From positions 1,440,001 through 1,504,000 of the forward strand of contig OZ245838.1 in NCBI GenBank assembly GCA_965228735.1: a DNA stretch of 64,000 nucleotides, read 5' to 3'. Below, piece by piece: positions 19,366-29,616 of this stretch (the stretch's first letter is position 1; the number at the start of each line of letters is the position of its first letter). The position numbers and the translations under genes are program-made. Below the pieces are notes generated by a model that was not told where the DNA came from, did not search any database, and saw nothing but the letters and a program-made list of their open reading frames with translations. The stretch comes from Planctomycetota bacterium. Its GTDB lineage: Bacteria > Planctomycetota > UBA1135 > UBA2386.

Positions 19366-22227
19366 TCAACGACCGCGCCCCGGCCCGTCGTCAGGCCGCG
19401 GTCCGTCCGGCCGTCGCTCCCCGCGCGACGGCGGCACCCGCGGCATGAGCTCCCGGATCGTGCTGCGGAATTCCTGCACCTTCGCGTCGAACGCGGCACT
19501 CGTTCGCCAACGCCGGCCGCCGGGACCGCGCCGCGGGTCCGCTCGCCCGCCGCGGCCCTCTTCGCGGTCACCCCGGCCCCACGCGGAGAAGCCTCCCCAG
19601 CGCTCCGGCCGGCTCGCCCGGGCGCCGGCCTCGACGAGCGCCTCGACGGCCTCGCGCAGCTGCGCGAACGCGCGGTCGAGCATGGCATCGGCTTCCTGCG
19701 CCCGGTCTTGCTCGCGGAGCAGGTTGTCCAGCTCACGGATCGCGCCCACGGCGCGCATCGGGTGCGCCACGCCGGGCTCGGCCACGACTCGCCGCAACTC
19801 GCGCTCGGCCCGCGCCAGCAGTTTCGGACGCTCGGCCTCGCCCGCAGTCCGAGCCCGGTAGAGCAACTCGCTGCCGAGTTCGCCGGCAACCCGGGAACGC
19901 AGCGCGCGATGATCGCGAATGTCGGGTCGGTCCTTCACGAGGCGAGCCGCGTGGCCAGCGGCCTCCTCGAGCAGGGCAAGCCGTTCCGCCCGCGGCAACA
20001 CGCGGACCAGGTCGACCACCGTGTCGCAGAACTCGAGGCGGAACTGCTCCAGGTCGGGATCGGCAGTGACGATCTCGCGCAGGATCTGCAGGCCCGCCCG
20101 GGCGCTCTGCAGCCCCGTGTCGAGCGGCTGCAACTGCCCCGCGAGCAGCAGGCAGCGTGCCTCGAACGCGCGCACCTCCGGCTTGCCCCGCTCGGCCGCC
20201 GGCAGCGCCGCGAGTGTCGCCTGGGCGGCGTCGAGGTAGCCGAGCGCGCGTTGCAGTCGCTCCTGACGGCCACGGCGCCCGTCGCGGACTCCGTCCGGCG
20301 GCGCACCGGACGGCCGCTCGCCAGAAGGCCGCTCGTCGGGCGGCCGCTCGCCGCGATCCCGCCGCCGACCATCGCCGCGCCCGCGCCGCGACAGGCGTTC
20401 CGTCCGGGCCAGTTCGTACTGCACCGTCGCACATTCGAACTGCAGCGCGACGGACTCGTCCCCGGTCCGCTCCCGTTCGGCCGTGAGCACCTGCAGGGCG
20501 AGCTGGAAGCGGCGCGCGGCCTCTTCGCGGTTGCGGCGCCGCATCTCGAGGTGCCCGTACTCGAGGTGGACCGCCGCGAGCTCGCGCGCGATGTCGCGGT
20601 CGGACACGACCGAGTAGAGCTCGAGCGCCTCGTCGTAGGCTGCGGCGGCCTCCTCGAGGTTGCCGAGACGCTTGTGGATCACGCCGACCCGGCGATGGGC
20701 CCGCGCGGTCTCGAACCGCAGCGACTGGCTCGCCGCATTCTGAGCCGCGAAGTCGTCGTAGAAGGACAGCATCTCGAGCAGCAGCTGCAGGTCCTGGTCG
20801 CGAACGTTGCGCACCGCGACCACGTATTCCTCGCCGGTGTCCGGGTCGGCCTCGAACATCAACAGCGGGTCACGACCGACGAGCCCGTCGAACACGTCCT
20901 CGAACGCGGCCAGGGCGTGTCGCAGGTTGCCTTCCGCCCGCAACCGCTCTTGCTCGAGTTCCACGCCCGCCGTCTCGGCCCGCGTCAGCGCGTCGCTCGT
21001 GACGACGTAGGCCCCCCAGCCGATCCCTCCGGCGACGACGATCGCCGTGAGCGTCGCTGCGAGCAACCCGGCCATCGCGCGGTTCCGGCGACACCAACGC
21101 AGGACCTGCGCGACCGAACTCTGGCGCCGCGCGGCGATCGGGCGGTCCTCGAGGAACGCGACGAGGTCCTGCTCGAGTTCCTCCGCCGTGCCGTAGCGGT
21201 CCGCGGGGTCGCTCGCCGTCGCCTTGCCGATCACCGTCTCGAGGTCGCGCGGCACGTCCGCCACGAGCCTCGACACGGGCGTCGGTCGACCGCGCTGGAT
21301 CGCGGCCATCAACTCGGAACGGGACTGCCCCGCGTAGGCCGGCCGCAACGTGAGCAATTCGTAGAGCGTGATCCCGAGCGCGTAGACCTCACTGCGCGCA
21401 TCGTAGATCCCGGCGAACTGCTCCGGCGCCATGTACTGCATCGTCCCGACCAGGTCGCCCGACTGGGTCAGCCCCTCGGCCTCGAGCGCCTTGGCGAGAC
21501 CGAAGTCGGTGACCCATACGTGCTCGTCTTCCCCGAGCAGCAGGTTCCCCGGTTTGATGTCACGGTGCAGCGTGCCGTGCTCGTGGGCGTAGTGCAGCGC
21601 CTCGGCGACCTGCGCGCCGATCCGCGCGACGAAGCGCGCACGATCCCGCCACGCCGCGCTGCCCTCCGGCGGGTGCTGCCCTGCGTCCGTGCGCCACGCG
21701 TCGAGCCCTGTCCCGCTGATGAACTGCATCGCGTACCAGTGGTAGCCGTCCGTCTCACCGCTGCCGAACACCGGCACGATGTTGCTGTGGTGCAGCTGCG
21801 CTGCGACCTGCGCCTCGCGCTGGAAGCGCATGAGCTGGTTGCCCGTCAGGAGCGACGCCTGTGGCAGCACCTTGAGCGCGACGCGTCGCGAAAGCGACTC
21901 CTGGAACGCCTCGAACACGACGCCCATGCCGCCGCGCCCGACCTCGGCGACGATGCGGAAGTCGCCGAGCCGGTGCATGTCCGGCAGCGCCACGCGCGCG
22001 AGCTGCCCGCCGGTCGACTCGCGGTCGCGCTTGACCTGCTCGAGCGCCTGCAGGGTCGGCAACAGGTCGAGCAGCGCCTCGCGCTGCTCGGGGTGAGCGG
22101 CGGCGAACGCGGGCACGTCGACGAACTCGCCGCTCCGCAGTCGCCTGGTGTACTCCTCGACGAGCAGATCGAGCGGATCGCGTTCGCTGCCTCTGCCGTC
22201 GGTCACGGCGTCGTCGTCCAGACTCAT
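19366..22227 (-). CDS. Membrane Ser/Thr protein kinase with TPR-like C-terminus
   Basis: GRGGMGVV, VALK, HRDIKPGN, DFG and YMAPE motifs; TM helix; helical repeats. Start moved to ATG 22227. Confidence 0.93.
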   Translation of the reverse strand: MSLDDDAVTDGRGSERDPLDLLVEEYTRRLRSGEFVDVPAFAAAHPEQREALLDLLPTLQALEQVKRDRESTGGQLARVALPDMHRLGDFRIVAEVGRGGMGVVFEAFQESLSRRVALKVLPQASLLTGNQLMRFQREAQVAAQLHHSNIVPVFGSGETDGYHWYAMQFISGTGLDAWRTDAGQHPPEGSAAWRDRARFVARIGAQVAEALHYAHEHGTLHRDIKPGNLLLGEDEHVWVTDFGLAKALEAEGLTQSGDLVGTMQYMAPEQFAGIYDARSEVYALGITLYELLTLRPAYAGQSRSELMAAIQRGRPTPVSRLVADVPRDLETVIGKATASDPADRYGTAEELEQDLVAFLEDRPIAARRQSSVAQVLRWCRRNRAMAGLLAATLTAIVVAGGIGWGAYVVTSDALTRAETAGVELEQERLRAEGNLRHALAAFEDVFDGLVGRDPLLMFEADPDTGEEYVVAVRNVRDQDLQLLLEMLSFYDDFAAQNAASQSLRFETARAHRRVGVIHKRLGNLEEAAAAYDEALELYSVVSDRDIARELAAVHLEYGHLEMRRRNREEAARRFQLALQVLTAERERTGDESVALQFECATVQYELARTERLSRRGRGDGRRRDRGERPPDERPSGERPSGAPPDGVRDGRRGRQERLQRALGYLDAAQATLAALPAAERGKPEVRAFEARCLLLAGQLQPLDTGLQSARAGLQILREIVTADPDLEQFRLEFCDTVVDLVRVLPRAERLALLEEAAGHAARLVKDRPDIRDHRALRSRVAGELGSELLYRARTAGEAERPKLLARAERELRRVVAEPGVAHPMRAVGAIRELDNLLREQDRAQEADAMLDRAFAQLREAVEALVEAGARASRPERWGGFSAWGRGDREEGRGGRADPRRGPGGRRWRTSAAFDAKVQEFRSTIRELMPRVPPSRGERRPDGPRPDDGPGRGR

Positions 22228-22246
22228 CGCGCGCACCGCCTCATGA

Positions 22247-22840
22247 TCAACCGTCCGCGAGCTCGGCGAGCAGACCGCGCAGGCGCCCGAGTGCCCGCAC
22301 GTAGCGATTACTTGCCGCGTTCTCCTGGATACCCAGCACGTCGGCGGTCTCCTTGTTGGACAGCTCCTCGAAGTGCCGCAGAAGAAGCACCTCGCGGTCG
22401 ATCTCGTCCATGCTATCGAGCGCGGCCTCGATCTTTTGCCGCAGCTCCTCGCGCATCGCAGCACCGCTCGGGGACGTCGCGTGGCCGACGAAGAAGCCGC
22501 TGATCATCTGGCTCTGGGGCGACTGGACCTCGCGCCCCGCGGTGCGCATCTTGGCGCCGACGTGCTTGCGATGCAGATCGACCATCGTCTGCTGCGCGAT
22601 CAGCCGCATCCACAGGAAGAACGGCTTGTCGTCGCCGCGGAACGCGCCGAGCCGCTTCTCCGCCTCGATGTAGGCCTCCTGCAACACGTCCTCGGGATCG
22701 ATCCGCCCGAGCAGGCGCGGGTCGAGCCGGAATTGGATCATGCGCAGCAGCCGGTCCCTGACGCCGTCGAACAACGGAGCCAGGGCAGCGTCATCACCGG
22801 CGCGCAGCGTCGCTTCGAGTTCTGCATCGGAGTCTGGCAT
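22247..22840 (-). CDS. ECF RNA polymerase sigma factor, kinase-associated
   Basis: RLDPRLLGRIDPEDVLQEAY (region 2) and DREVLLLRHFEELSNKETA...RYVRAL (region 4); directly upstream of the kinase gene. Confidence 0.92.
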   Translation of the reverse strand: MPDSDAELEATLRAGDDAALAPLFDGVRDRLLRMIQFRLDPRLLGRIDPEDVLQEAYIEAEKRLGAFRGDDKPFFLWMRLIAQQTMVDLHRKHVGAKMRTAGREVQSPQSQMISGFFVGHATSPSGAAMREELRQKIEAALDSMDEIDREVLLLRHFEELSNKETADVLGIQENAASNRYVRALGRLRGLLAELADG

Positions 22841-23067
22841 CGCTGCGCGCACCATAGCCGATCGACGACCCTCCGAAAGACGCGCGAGGACCGCCAGCGC
22901 GTCCCTGCCATCGCCGAGACGGCGGTGAGTCGCACTCAGAACGGACCGGATCGTGGGCATGACTACGATTGCGGCGGTAGAACGCCGGCGGGACATCCGA
23001 GTCCACAGCCAGAGCGGCGTTCTCGGGGCCCGAGACGCAATCGTGACGCGGACCGGGCCCGGGCGAC

Positions 23068-24579
23068 TCAGATCGCGCCGGCGACGAACCGGCGCAGCTC
23101 GTCCGTCGTCACGGACTTGCCCGTGAACGACCGCACCTGCGACTTCGCCTGCTCGAGGAACATCTCGAGCCCGTGCACGACCCGCGCACCGACTGCTTTG
23201 GCGTCGCGCAGCAGGCGCGTCTCGTGCGGCCGATAGACCATGTCGAAGACCACGGTGCCGGGCTCCGGCACCCAGTCGGGCAGCGGCCGCTCGTCCGGGA
23301 CGCGATCTGCCCCCGCGCTGCCGAGCGGCGTCGCGTTGACGACGACGCTGGGCCGCAGGCCGTCGGGCAACCGCGTGGACAGACTGCCGAGCCGGATGCC
23401 GTGGCGTTCGGCGAACGCGCGCACCCCGTCGATCGAACGCCCGAGGATCGTGACCTCGAAGCCGAGTTCGAGCAACGCGAAGGCGCCGGCGCGCGCGGCA
23501 CCACCGGCGCCGAGCACCACGGCCGCGGGTTTCGCTGCCCCCGCGCCGGCCGACCCGCCAGGTCGTGAAACGACTTCGGCGAGAGCGCGCTGCACGCCCG
23601 CGACATCCGTGTTGTGACCCTCCCACCCTGCACCGTCGTCGACGGCCACGAGCGTGTTCACGACCTCGACCGCGGCGGCTTCTTCAGACCACCGCGCGCA
23701 CCGCTCCGCCATCGCGGCCTTGTGCGGCGCCGTCACCGACAGTCCGCCGACCCGGCCCGGCGGCAGCATGTCGAGGACGGCGTCGGGTCGCGAGGTCTCG
23801 AACGGCAGGTAGATCGCGTCCACCCCGAGCCGGCGGAACGCGCGGTTGTGGACCCATGGCCCGAGCGACTGCAGCGCGGGGTTGCCGAGCAGGCCGAAGA
23901 TCCGCGTTCCGGCGCCGATCGTCTGCGCGCGGTAGAGGCCTTTCAGCAACGCGACGGGCAGCTGCCCGACCGCGGTCTCGGCGCCGCCCTCGAGACTGCC
24001 GTACACGAACGGCGCGCCGTGCGCGAGCGCGAGCAGGCGCGTCGGCCAGGCGGTGCGTCCCATCGCGAACGCCACGGTCGGCGTCGCTGCCTGATCGATC
24101 GTTCGCAACAGCTCGAAGACCGGGGCGGCGTCAGCCAGGTCGTGCGCCGTCACGACGATCTTGGCGACCGCGCCCGGCACTTCGACGAGGCGCGCGTGGA
24201 TCGCGTCGAGCTCGCGCGGCACGCCGGTGAAGCTGTGGAACGACCGCACGATGCGACGCAGACCGGTGCGGCCGGCCGGCGGCATCCAGCGATCGTCGAT
24301 GTCGAGGTCGACGCCTTCGGCGCCGGCGATCAGCGCCGCGGTCAGGAGCTCGCGCCGTTCACCGAGCGTGCCACGGAAGTGGCCGCCGTTCTCGGGCGTG
24401 TGGCACGTGACGAGCACCGGCAGCCGCACCGCCGCGACCGCGGCCGCGACGTCCTCGTCGCTCGGCCAACGATCGAGCCGCAGCTCCAGCCAGTCCGCGC
24501 CGGCCATCGCGGCCGTCGCCCCGGCCCGCGCGACCTGCGCGACCGACTCGGCGAAGACGCTGGCGATGATGTCTGGCAT
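23068..24579 (-). CDS. aroDE: Bifunctional type I 3-dehydroquinate dehydratase / shikimate dehydrogenase
   Basis: N-terminal ELRLD, SFH.F, K, FAMG (AroD); C-terminal SVTAPHK, VNT, NTD, GAGGAARA, NATP, DMVY.P, GLEMF..QA (AroE). Confidence 0.92.
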   Translation of the reverse strand: MPDIIASVFAESVAQVARAGATAAMAGADWLELRLDRWPSDEDVAAAVAAVRLPVLVTCHTPENGGHFRGTLGERRELLTAALIAGAEGVDLDIDDRWMPPAGRTGLRRIVRSFHSFTGVPRELDAIHARLVEVPGAVAKIVVTAHDLADAAPVFELLRTIDQAATPTVAFAMGRTAWPTRLLALAHGAPFVYGSLEGGAETAVGQLPVALLKGLYRAQTIGAGTRIFGLLGNPALQSLGPWVHNRAFRRLGVDAIYLPFETSRPDAVLDMLPPGRVGGLSVTAPHKAAMAERCARWSEEAAAVEVVNTLVAVDDGAGWEGHNTDVAGVQRALAEVVSRPGGSAGAGAAKPAAVVLGAGGAARAGAFALLELGFEVTILGRSIDGVRAFAERHGIRLGSLSTRLPDGLRPSVVVNATPLGSAGADRVPDERPLPDWVPEPGTVVFDMVYRPHETRLLRDAKAVGARVVHGLEMFLEQAKSQVRSFTGKSVTTDELRRFVAGAI

Positions 24580-24694
24580 CCGGCGCGCGCAGCGTAGCAG
24601 AGCCGCGGGCCATTCTCTGCCGCCTACTCCCTACCGCTATGGCACTGCCGCTGGAGAACTGCGTCCGAAGAACTGCCGCCGGGGGTGCCGGCGC

Positions 24695-25567
24695 CTACCG
24701 ATCGAGCAGGTCACGCAATCGGGCAGCCGACTGCGCATCGAGCCCGCGCTCCACGGCGAGGTCGATCGCCGCGACCATGAGCGCGCGGTAGCCCGGCACC
24801 GCGGCCGGAACCCGCTGCCTCAGGGCCTCGAGGTGACGCGCGACCGTCGCATGATCACCGCGGCGAACGGGCCCCGACAGAGCGGCTGCGGCCCCGAGCT
24901 CGTTCGTGCCTGCGAGCGCCATCGTCATGAGCGCGGTCGCGATCCGATCGGCGTCGGCCGGCGCGAGGCCGCCGGCCGCTCCGAGCACCGTGTCGACCAG
25001 TCCGCGCAGCGCGACGAGCCCGTTCGCGGCCAACGCACAACCGGCGTGATACAGCGCCCGGGCCTCGGCGTTCCCGGCCATGACGACCGGGGTCATTGCC
25101 ATGCCGTAGGCCAGTTTCTCGAGCAGCTCCATCGCCGCGGGATCACCCGTGATCACCGCCGGCTGCCCCGCCATCGCCCGGTACCCCGCTTCGGCGTCCG
25201 GGAACGGGGCGACCGGGTGCAGCGCACCGCGGCGCGCGCCACCCGCGCTCGCCGGCTCCAGCACGGTGAGGTCGTGGCTCCCGCTCGTGTGCACCCACAG
25301 ACTGCAACTCCGCGGCGGCGCGGCGGCCGTGAGCCCGACCACCGTCGTCTCGAGGTCGGGATCACCGACGGCGACGAGCACGACGTGCCCTTCGACGTGG
25401 TCTCCGGGCTCGAGCACCCGCCCCACGCCGGCGAAGGCGACCGCGCGTTCGGCACCCGCACGCTGACGCCCGATGAAGCCGACGACCTCGAAGCCGCTCT
25501 CGTGCAGCCGGCGGCCGCACGCTGCGCCGACCCGACCCGGCCCGACGATGACGACCCGGACCGCCAT
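24695..25567 (-). CDS. Rossmann-like + DUF2520 protein (PanG-like candidate ketopantoate reductase)
   Basis: GPGRVG, HTSG, LHP, YHA...AAN, LSGPVRRGD..TV..H motifs; same gene run as panC. Confidence 0.85.
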   Translation of the reverse strand: MAVRVVIVGPGRVGAACGRRLHESGFEVVGFIGRQRAGAERAVAFAGVGRVLEPGDHVEGHVVLVAVGDPDLETTVVGLTAAAPPRSCSLWVHTSGSHDLTVLEPASAGGARRGALHPVAPFPDAEAGYRAMAGQPAVITGDPAAMELLEKLAYGMAMTPVVMAGNAEARALYHAGCALAANGLVALRGLVDTVLGAAGGLAPADADRIATALMTMALAGTNELGAAAALSGPVRRGDHATVARHLEALRQRVPAAVPGYRALMVAAIDLAVERGLDAQSAARLRDLLDR

Positions 25568-25588
25568 CAGGAACGCGCCCCCGCGGCG

Positions 25589-26191
25589 TCAGTCCGCGGC
25601 GTGACTGGCCGCACCGCCGTCGTCACCGGGCCCCGCACCACCGCCATCTCCGAGCTTCTGACGCTGCAACTCGCGCGCGGTTTGCCGCCGCTCGAGCTCT
25701 TCGATGTAGTCGTCGTCGACCATGTCGCTGAGCGCATCGAGGTCGTCGAACGTCTTGGGCTGGTAGCGCGGACCGTCACGTTGCGCTGCCTCGACCTCCT
25801 GCGCGTAGGCCTGCACGACCGCCTTGTGCACCTCGATCCGCGTCGCGCTGTTGATCGGGTGCGCGAGGTCGGCGTGCAGCTGCGAACGACCGCGTTCGTC
25901 CCGCGGCGCCCGCTCGGGATCGAGCCGAGCGCCGCACTGATTGCAGTAGGCCGCGCGCAGGTGGTTCTTGTGATGACAACTCGCGCAGTGGTCCGCGAGC
26001 TTGCGGCTCGGCATGGCGACGAACGGTCCACGGTTGCCATCGATGATCTTGAGGTCGCGCACGACGAACGCATTGTCGATCGTCACGCTGCAGTAGGCCT
26101 TGAGCTTGTTGCGGGGGTCGTCCGTGAGTTTGACGCGAACCTCCGTGATACGGAACCTCGGATCGCCGCGACGTTCTTTGCCCTTCGTCAC
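25589..26191 (-). CDS. spoVG: SpoVG family protein with Zn-ribbon insertion
   Basis: [45 protein letters not shown]; inserted CASC...CNQCG. Confidence 0.9.
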   Translation of the reverse strand: MTKGKERRGDPRFRITEVRVKLTDDPRNKLKAYCSVTIDNAFVVRDLKIIDGNRGPFVAMPSRKLADHCASCHHKNHLRAAYCNQCGARLDPERAPRDERGRSQLHADLAHPINSATRIEVHKAVVQAYAQEVEAAQRDGPRYQPKTFDDLDALSDMVDDDYIEELERRQTARELQRQKLGDGGGAGPGDDGGAASHAAD

Positions 26192-26282
26192 TGTGGAACC
26201 CTCCCTGGGTCAGTGGCCGCCCGCCCGCTGCCTGAGCCCGCTGCCCGCGGGCGCCCGTGGCCCGGCGGCCGCGGGCCAACCG

Positions 26283-27230
26283 TCACCGCGCGGGCGCGAC
26301 CCCGAGCCCGGGCACCGGCGTGATCGGCGGCAGGTCCGCGACCGTGCGGGCGCGGATCAGCTGCACGCCTTCGGCCAGGAGCGGCCCGAGCGCGCGCGCC
26401 GCTCGGTCGGCCCGGTCCGCCGCGTCGACCGCGAGGAACAGCGTCGAGCCGCTGCCCGTCACGACGACGGGGACGTCGGCGAGCTCGCTGGCCCGCCGCC
26501 GCAGCGTCGCCAACTCCGGCCGGACCGCTTCGGCCGCCGCAGTCAGATCGTTGCTGAACTCGATACGCCAAACGCAGTCCCTGGTGGTAGGCAGACTTGC
26601 GTCGCCACAAGTACCTTGCGGCGGACCGTCGTTCCAGTGCGCTGCAAAGTTTTTGTACACCGCTGCCGTTTCGCAATCGAACGGCGGCACCAGCAGCACC
26701 ACGTGCCGCGTCGGGGCCTGCACCGGCGTGAGCACGTCGCCGACCCCGGTGCCCCAGGCGGCGCCGCCGAGCAGGAAGAACGCGACGTCCGCGCCGAGAC
26801 CACTCGCCAACGCCGGCAGGATGGCCGGATCCAGCGGCACCGGGAGCAGCGCGTTCGCGAGCCGCAGGGCGGCCGCGGCATCGCTGCTGCCCCCGCCGAG
26901 TCCGCCGCCGACGGGCACCCGCTTGCGCAATAGCGCGCGGAATCCCGGCGCGTCGATCCCGGCCCGTGCCGCCGCTGCCTGCACCGCCGCGAGCGCCCGA
27001 CCGACGAGGTTGTCCGCGGCGTTTCCCGCGGGCAACGCGGCCCGCCCGCCGGCGCTCTCCACCTCGAGCTCGAGGCCACCGGCAGTCGCCTCGACCCAGA
27101 GATCGTCGCCGAGGTCGATCGCCTGGAACAGCGTCTCGAGCAGGTGGTAGCCATCATCGCGGCGCCCGACGACGCGCAGCACCAGGTTGAGCTTGGCCGG
27201 CGCGAACGTGTGGCACACGGCGCCGGTCAC
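26283..27230 (-). CDS. ispE: 4-diphosphocytidyl-2-C-methyl-D-erythritol kinase
   Basis: APAKLNL, DGYH, KRVPVGGGLGGGSSDAA, GADVAFF, NDL, TGSGS. Confidence 0.95.
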   Translation of the reverse strand: MTGAVCHTFAPAKLNLVLRVVGRRDDGYHLLETLFQAIDLGDDLWVEATAGGLELEVESAGGRAALPAGNAADNLVGRALAAVQAAAARAGIDAPGFRALLRKRVPVGGGLGGGSSDAAAALRLANALLPVPLDPAILPALASGLGADVAFFLLGGAAWGTGVGDVLTPVQAPTRHVVLLVPPFDCETAAVYKNFAAHWNDGPPQGTCGDASLPTTRDCVWRIEFSNDLTAAAEAVRPELATLRRRASELADVPVVVTGSGSTLFLAVDAADRADRAARALGPLLAEGVQLIRARTVADLPPITPVPGLGVAPAR

Positions 27231-28546
27231 GAATCCGCCTCCGCGGCAGCACCGAACGCCAGGTTGTCGATGAGTCGCACCGGTCGCGCGCCGCGCAGGA
27301 GCCGGGCGGCGACGAGCATGCGTCCCCCCGTCACCGGGCCCGCTGGCAGCTCCGCGAGATCGCCCTCGCGCCGCAGCTCGACGTAGTCGATCGTGACGCC
27401 CGACTCGGCTTCGAGCACGGTCGTCGTCGCCGCGATCAGCCGATCGCGATCGGTCTCACCGTCCCGAAACGCCGCGCGCGCCGCGGACAGGGCGCGGAAC
27501 AATACGGTGCTCGCCGCGCGATCGCTGGCTTCGAGGTAGACGTTGCGGCTCGACATCGCGAGCCCGTCGGGCTCGCGCACGATCGGACACGGCACGATCT
27601 CGACCGGGAAACCAAGGTCGCGCACGAGTCGCCGAATCACCGCGAGCTGCTGCGCGTCCTTCTCGCCGAAGTAAGCCCGGTGCGGTCGCGCGATCGCGAA
27701 CAACTTGGCGACGACCGTGGCCACGCCGGTGAAGTGCTCGGGACGAACCGCCCCCTCCATGCCCTCCGCTTCCGCGCCAACGGCGACGCGACTCGCGAAG
27801 CCCTCCGGGTACATCGCGGCCGGCGCCGGCGCGAACACCGCATCCGCGCCGGCCCCCCGGCAGACTTCCACGTCACGTTCGAGCGTGCGTGGATACGCCT
27901 CGAGGTCCTCACCCGCGCCGAACTGCAGCGGATTGACGAACACCGTCACCGCCACGCGGTCGCACTCGGCTCGCGCCCGTTCGATGAGACTCAGGTGCCC
28001 GTCGTGCAGCGCGCCCATCGTCGGCACGAGGCCGACGCGGCAGTCGCCGGCGAGCCACGTCGAACAGCGGGCGGCGAACTCGGCGGGCGAGTGCAGGATC
28101 CGCGGCCGTTTCGAGCGCGGCCAACTGGCCGAATCGGCGCCGAGCTCGCGCAGCGGCCCGGTGACGAACTCGCGATCCCGCCACTGCGGGTGCGGCACGA
28201 CGAGATCGCGGGTGTCGATCTCCTGATCGCCCCACGCGATGAGATCGAGGTCGAGCGGCCGCGGGTGATTCCGCGGCGCGGGCAGCTCGCGGCCGGCGCC
28301 GCGCTCGAGTTGCTTGCACAACGCGAGCAGTGCGTCGGGTGGCAACGTCGTGCGCAGTTCGCAGACCGCGTTGAGGAACGGCCCCTGGGGCGGGCCGACA
28401 CCGACGAGCTCGCTCTCGACGAACGGCGAACACCGCACGTCCGTGACGCCCGGCGCGCCTGCGAGCGCGGCCAGGGCGGTCCGCAACTGCGCCTCGCGGT
28501 CGCCGACGTTGCTGCCGAGGCCGAGGTAGACGAGGATGGAAGGCAA
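27227..28546 (-). CDS. panC: Fused FolK (HPPK) / pantoate--beta-alanine ligase
   Basis: N-terminal YLGLGSNVG, FLNAV, PRPLDLD, VPHP (FolK) in frame with VPTMGALHDGH, FVNPLQF, RPEHF.GV, FGEKDAQQ, AMSSRN, RLIDN (PanC). Start uncertain (TTG 28546 or CTG 28561). Confidence 0.9.
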   Translation of the reverse strand: MPSILVYLGLGSNVGDREAQLRTALAALAGAPGVTDVRCSPFVESELVGVGPPQGPFLNAVCELRTTLPPDALLALCKQLERGAGRELPAPRNHPRPLDLDLIAWGDQEIDTRDLVVPHPQWRDREFVTGPLRELGADSASWPRSKRPRILHSPAEFAARCSTWLAGDCRVGLVPTMGALHDGHLSLIERARAECDRVAVTVFVNPLQFGAGEDLEAYPRTLERDVEVCRGAGADAVFAPAPAAMYPEGFASRVAVGAEAEGMEGAVRPEHFTGVATVVAKLFAIARPHRAYFGEKDAQQLAVIRRLVRDLGFPVEIVPCPIVREPDGLAMSSRNVYLEASDRAASTVLFRALSAARAAFRDGETDRDRLIAATTTVLEAESGVTIDYVELRREGDLAELPAGPVTGGRMLVAARLLRGARPVRLIDNLAFGAAAEADS

Positions 28547-28557
28547 GCGCGTCGCCG

Positions 28558-29538
28558 TCAGTTCGGACTCGGCGCGGGCGGCCGCGGCGGCGGCGCATCG
28601 AGATCGCCGTCGTGGTGATCGTCCGGCCCCGGCCGGCGCATGACGAAGCGCCAGAGCCCGAGGCCGAGGCCCCAGATCACGTAGCCCACCGTGACTGCGG
28701 CGAGCGCGAACTGCCACTCGACGGCCGCGAGCACGATGAGCACCACGAGGCCCGCGAGGAACGGCAGGCTGTGCCGCCGCTGCACGAGCGCGTGCGCGGC
28801 GTGCGGGAACGGCACGCGGCTCACCATCAGCAGACCGAGCAGCACGAGGACAATCGGCATGCCCTGCACGATCCAGTCGAAGTTGTCGCCGAACACGAGG
28901 CGACCGAGATCGGAACCCGGATCGTCGCGGGTGCAGAACAGCGCGATCAACGACGCGACGACCGCGGCCGCACCCGGCGTCGGCAGCCCGCGGAACTCCG
29001 CGTGGTCCTCGTCGTCGTCTCCCGTCTCGGCGGTGAAACGCGCGAGCCGCAACGCCGCGCACAGCACGTAGACCGCGGCGGCCGCGTAGTAGAGCTTGGG
29101 GCTCAGGGTGAGCAGGCTGTTCTCGTCGACCTGCGCGTGCCAGTCGATGAGCACCTTGCCGATGAACGCCGGCGCGAGGCCGAACGTGACCATGTCACAC
29201 AGGCTGTCGAGCTGCGCGCCGAACGCCGACGTCTGGCCCGTCATGCGCGCGACCCGGCCGTCGACCGCGTCGAGCACCATCGCGACGAAGATCAGGACCG
29301 TCGCGGTCTCGAACAACCCGATCACCGTCTGGAACGGCGCCCCGGGTTGCGCCGCCTGCAGAGCGTCCGCGACCTTCGCGATCGCGAGGAACCCGAAGAA
29401 CAGGTTGCCGAGCGTGACGAGGCTCGGGGCGACCGGCACCTCCTTGAGCCGGCGCAAGCCGCGGCGGCGCCGCGGGTGAGACCCGGATGACGTGCCCGGC
29501 TGGCCGGTCGTCTGGTAATCGTCGAGTCGGGAGGTCAT
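28558..29538 (-). CDS. pssA: CDP-diacylglycerol--serine O-phosphatidyltransferase
   Basis: PSLVTLGN, DAVDGRVAR...FGAQLDSLCDMVTFG, LRLARF, FRGLPTP, LMVS. Confidence 0.9.
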   Translation of the reverse strand: MTSRLDDYQTTGQPGTSSGSHPRRRRGLRRLKEVPVAPSLVTLGNLFFGFLAIAKVADALQAAQPGAPFQTVIGLFETATVLIFVAMVLDAVDGRVARMTGQTSAFGAQLDSLCDMVTFGLAPAFIGKVLIDWHAQVDENSLLTLSPKLYYAAAAVYVLCAALRLARFTAETGDDDEDHAEFRGLPTPGAAAVVASLIALFCTRDDPGSDLGRLVFGDNFDWIVQGMPIVLVLLGLLMVSRVPFPHAAHALVQRRHSLPFLAGLVVLIVLAAVEWQFALAAVTVGYVIWGLGLGLWRFVMRRPGPDDHHDGDLDAPPPRPPAPSPN

Positions 29539-29616
29539 CAGCGCTGGAGCCGTTCGGGGGGCAGCATCCTAACCGCGCGCCGGCGCGCAGTCACCGTTCG
29601 TGCTATCGTCGGGCTC

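Noticed and set aside
15657..19889. 1410-aa minus-strand ORF, and similar long antisense ORFs (5212-8643, 9631-12048, 19708-22503, 32049-34646, 54026-56152)
   Set aside because: They mirror well-supported genes on the opposite strand, are Arg/Ala/Val-rich without motifs, and are expected from high-GC codon bias.
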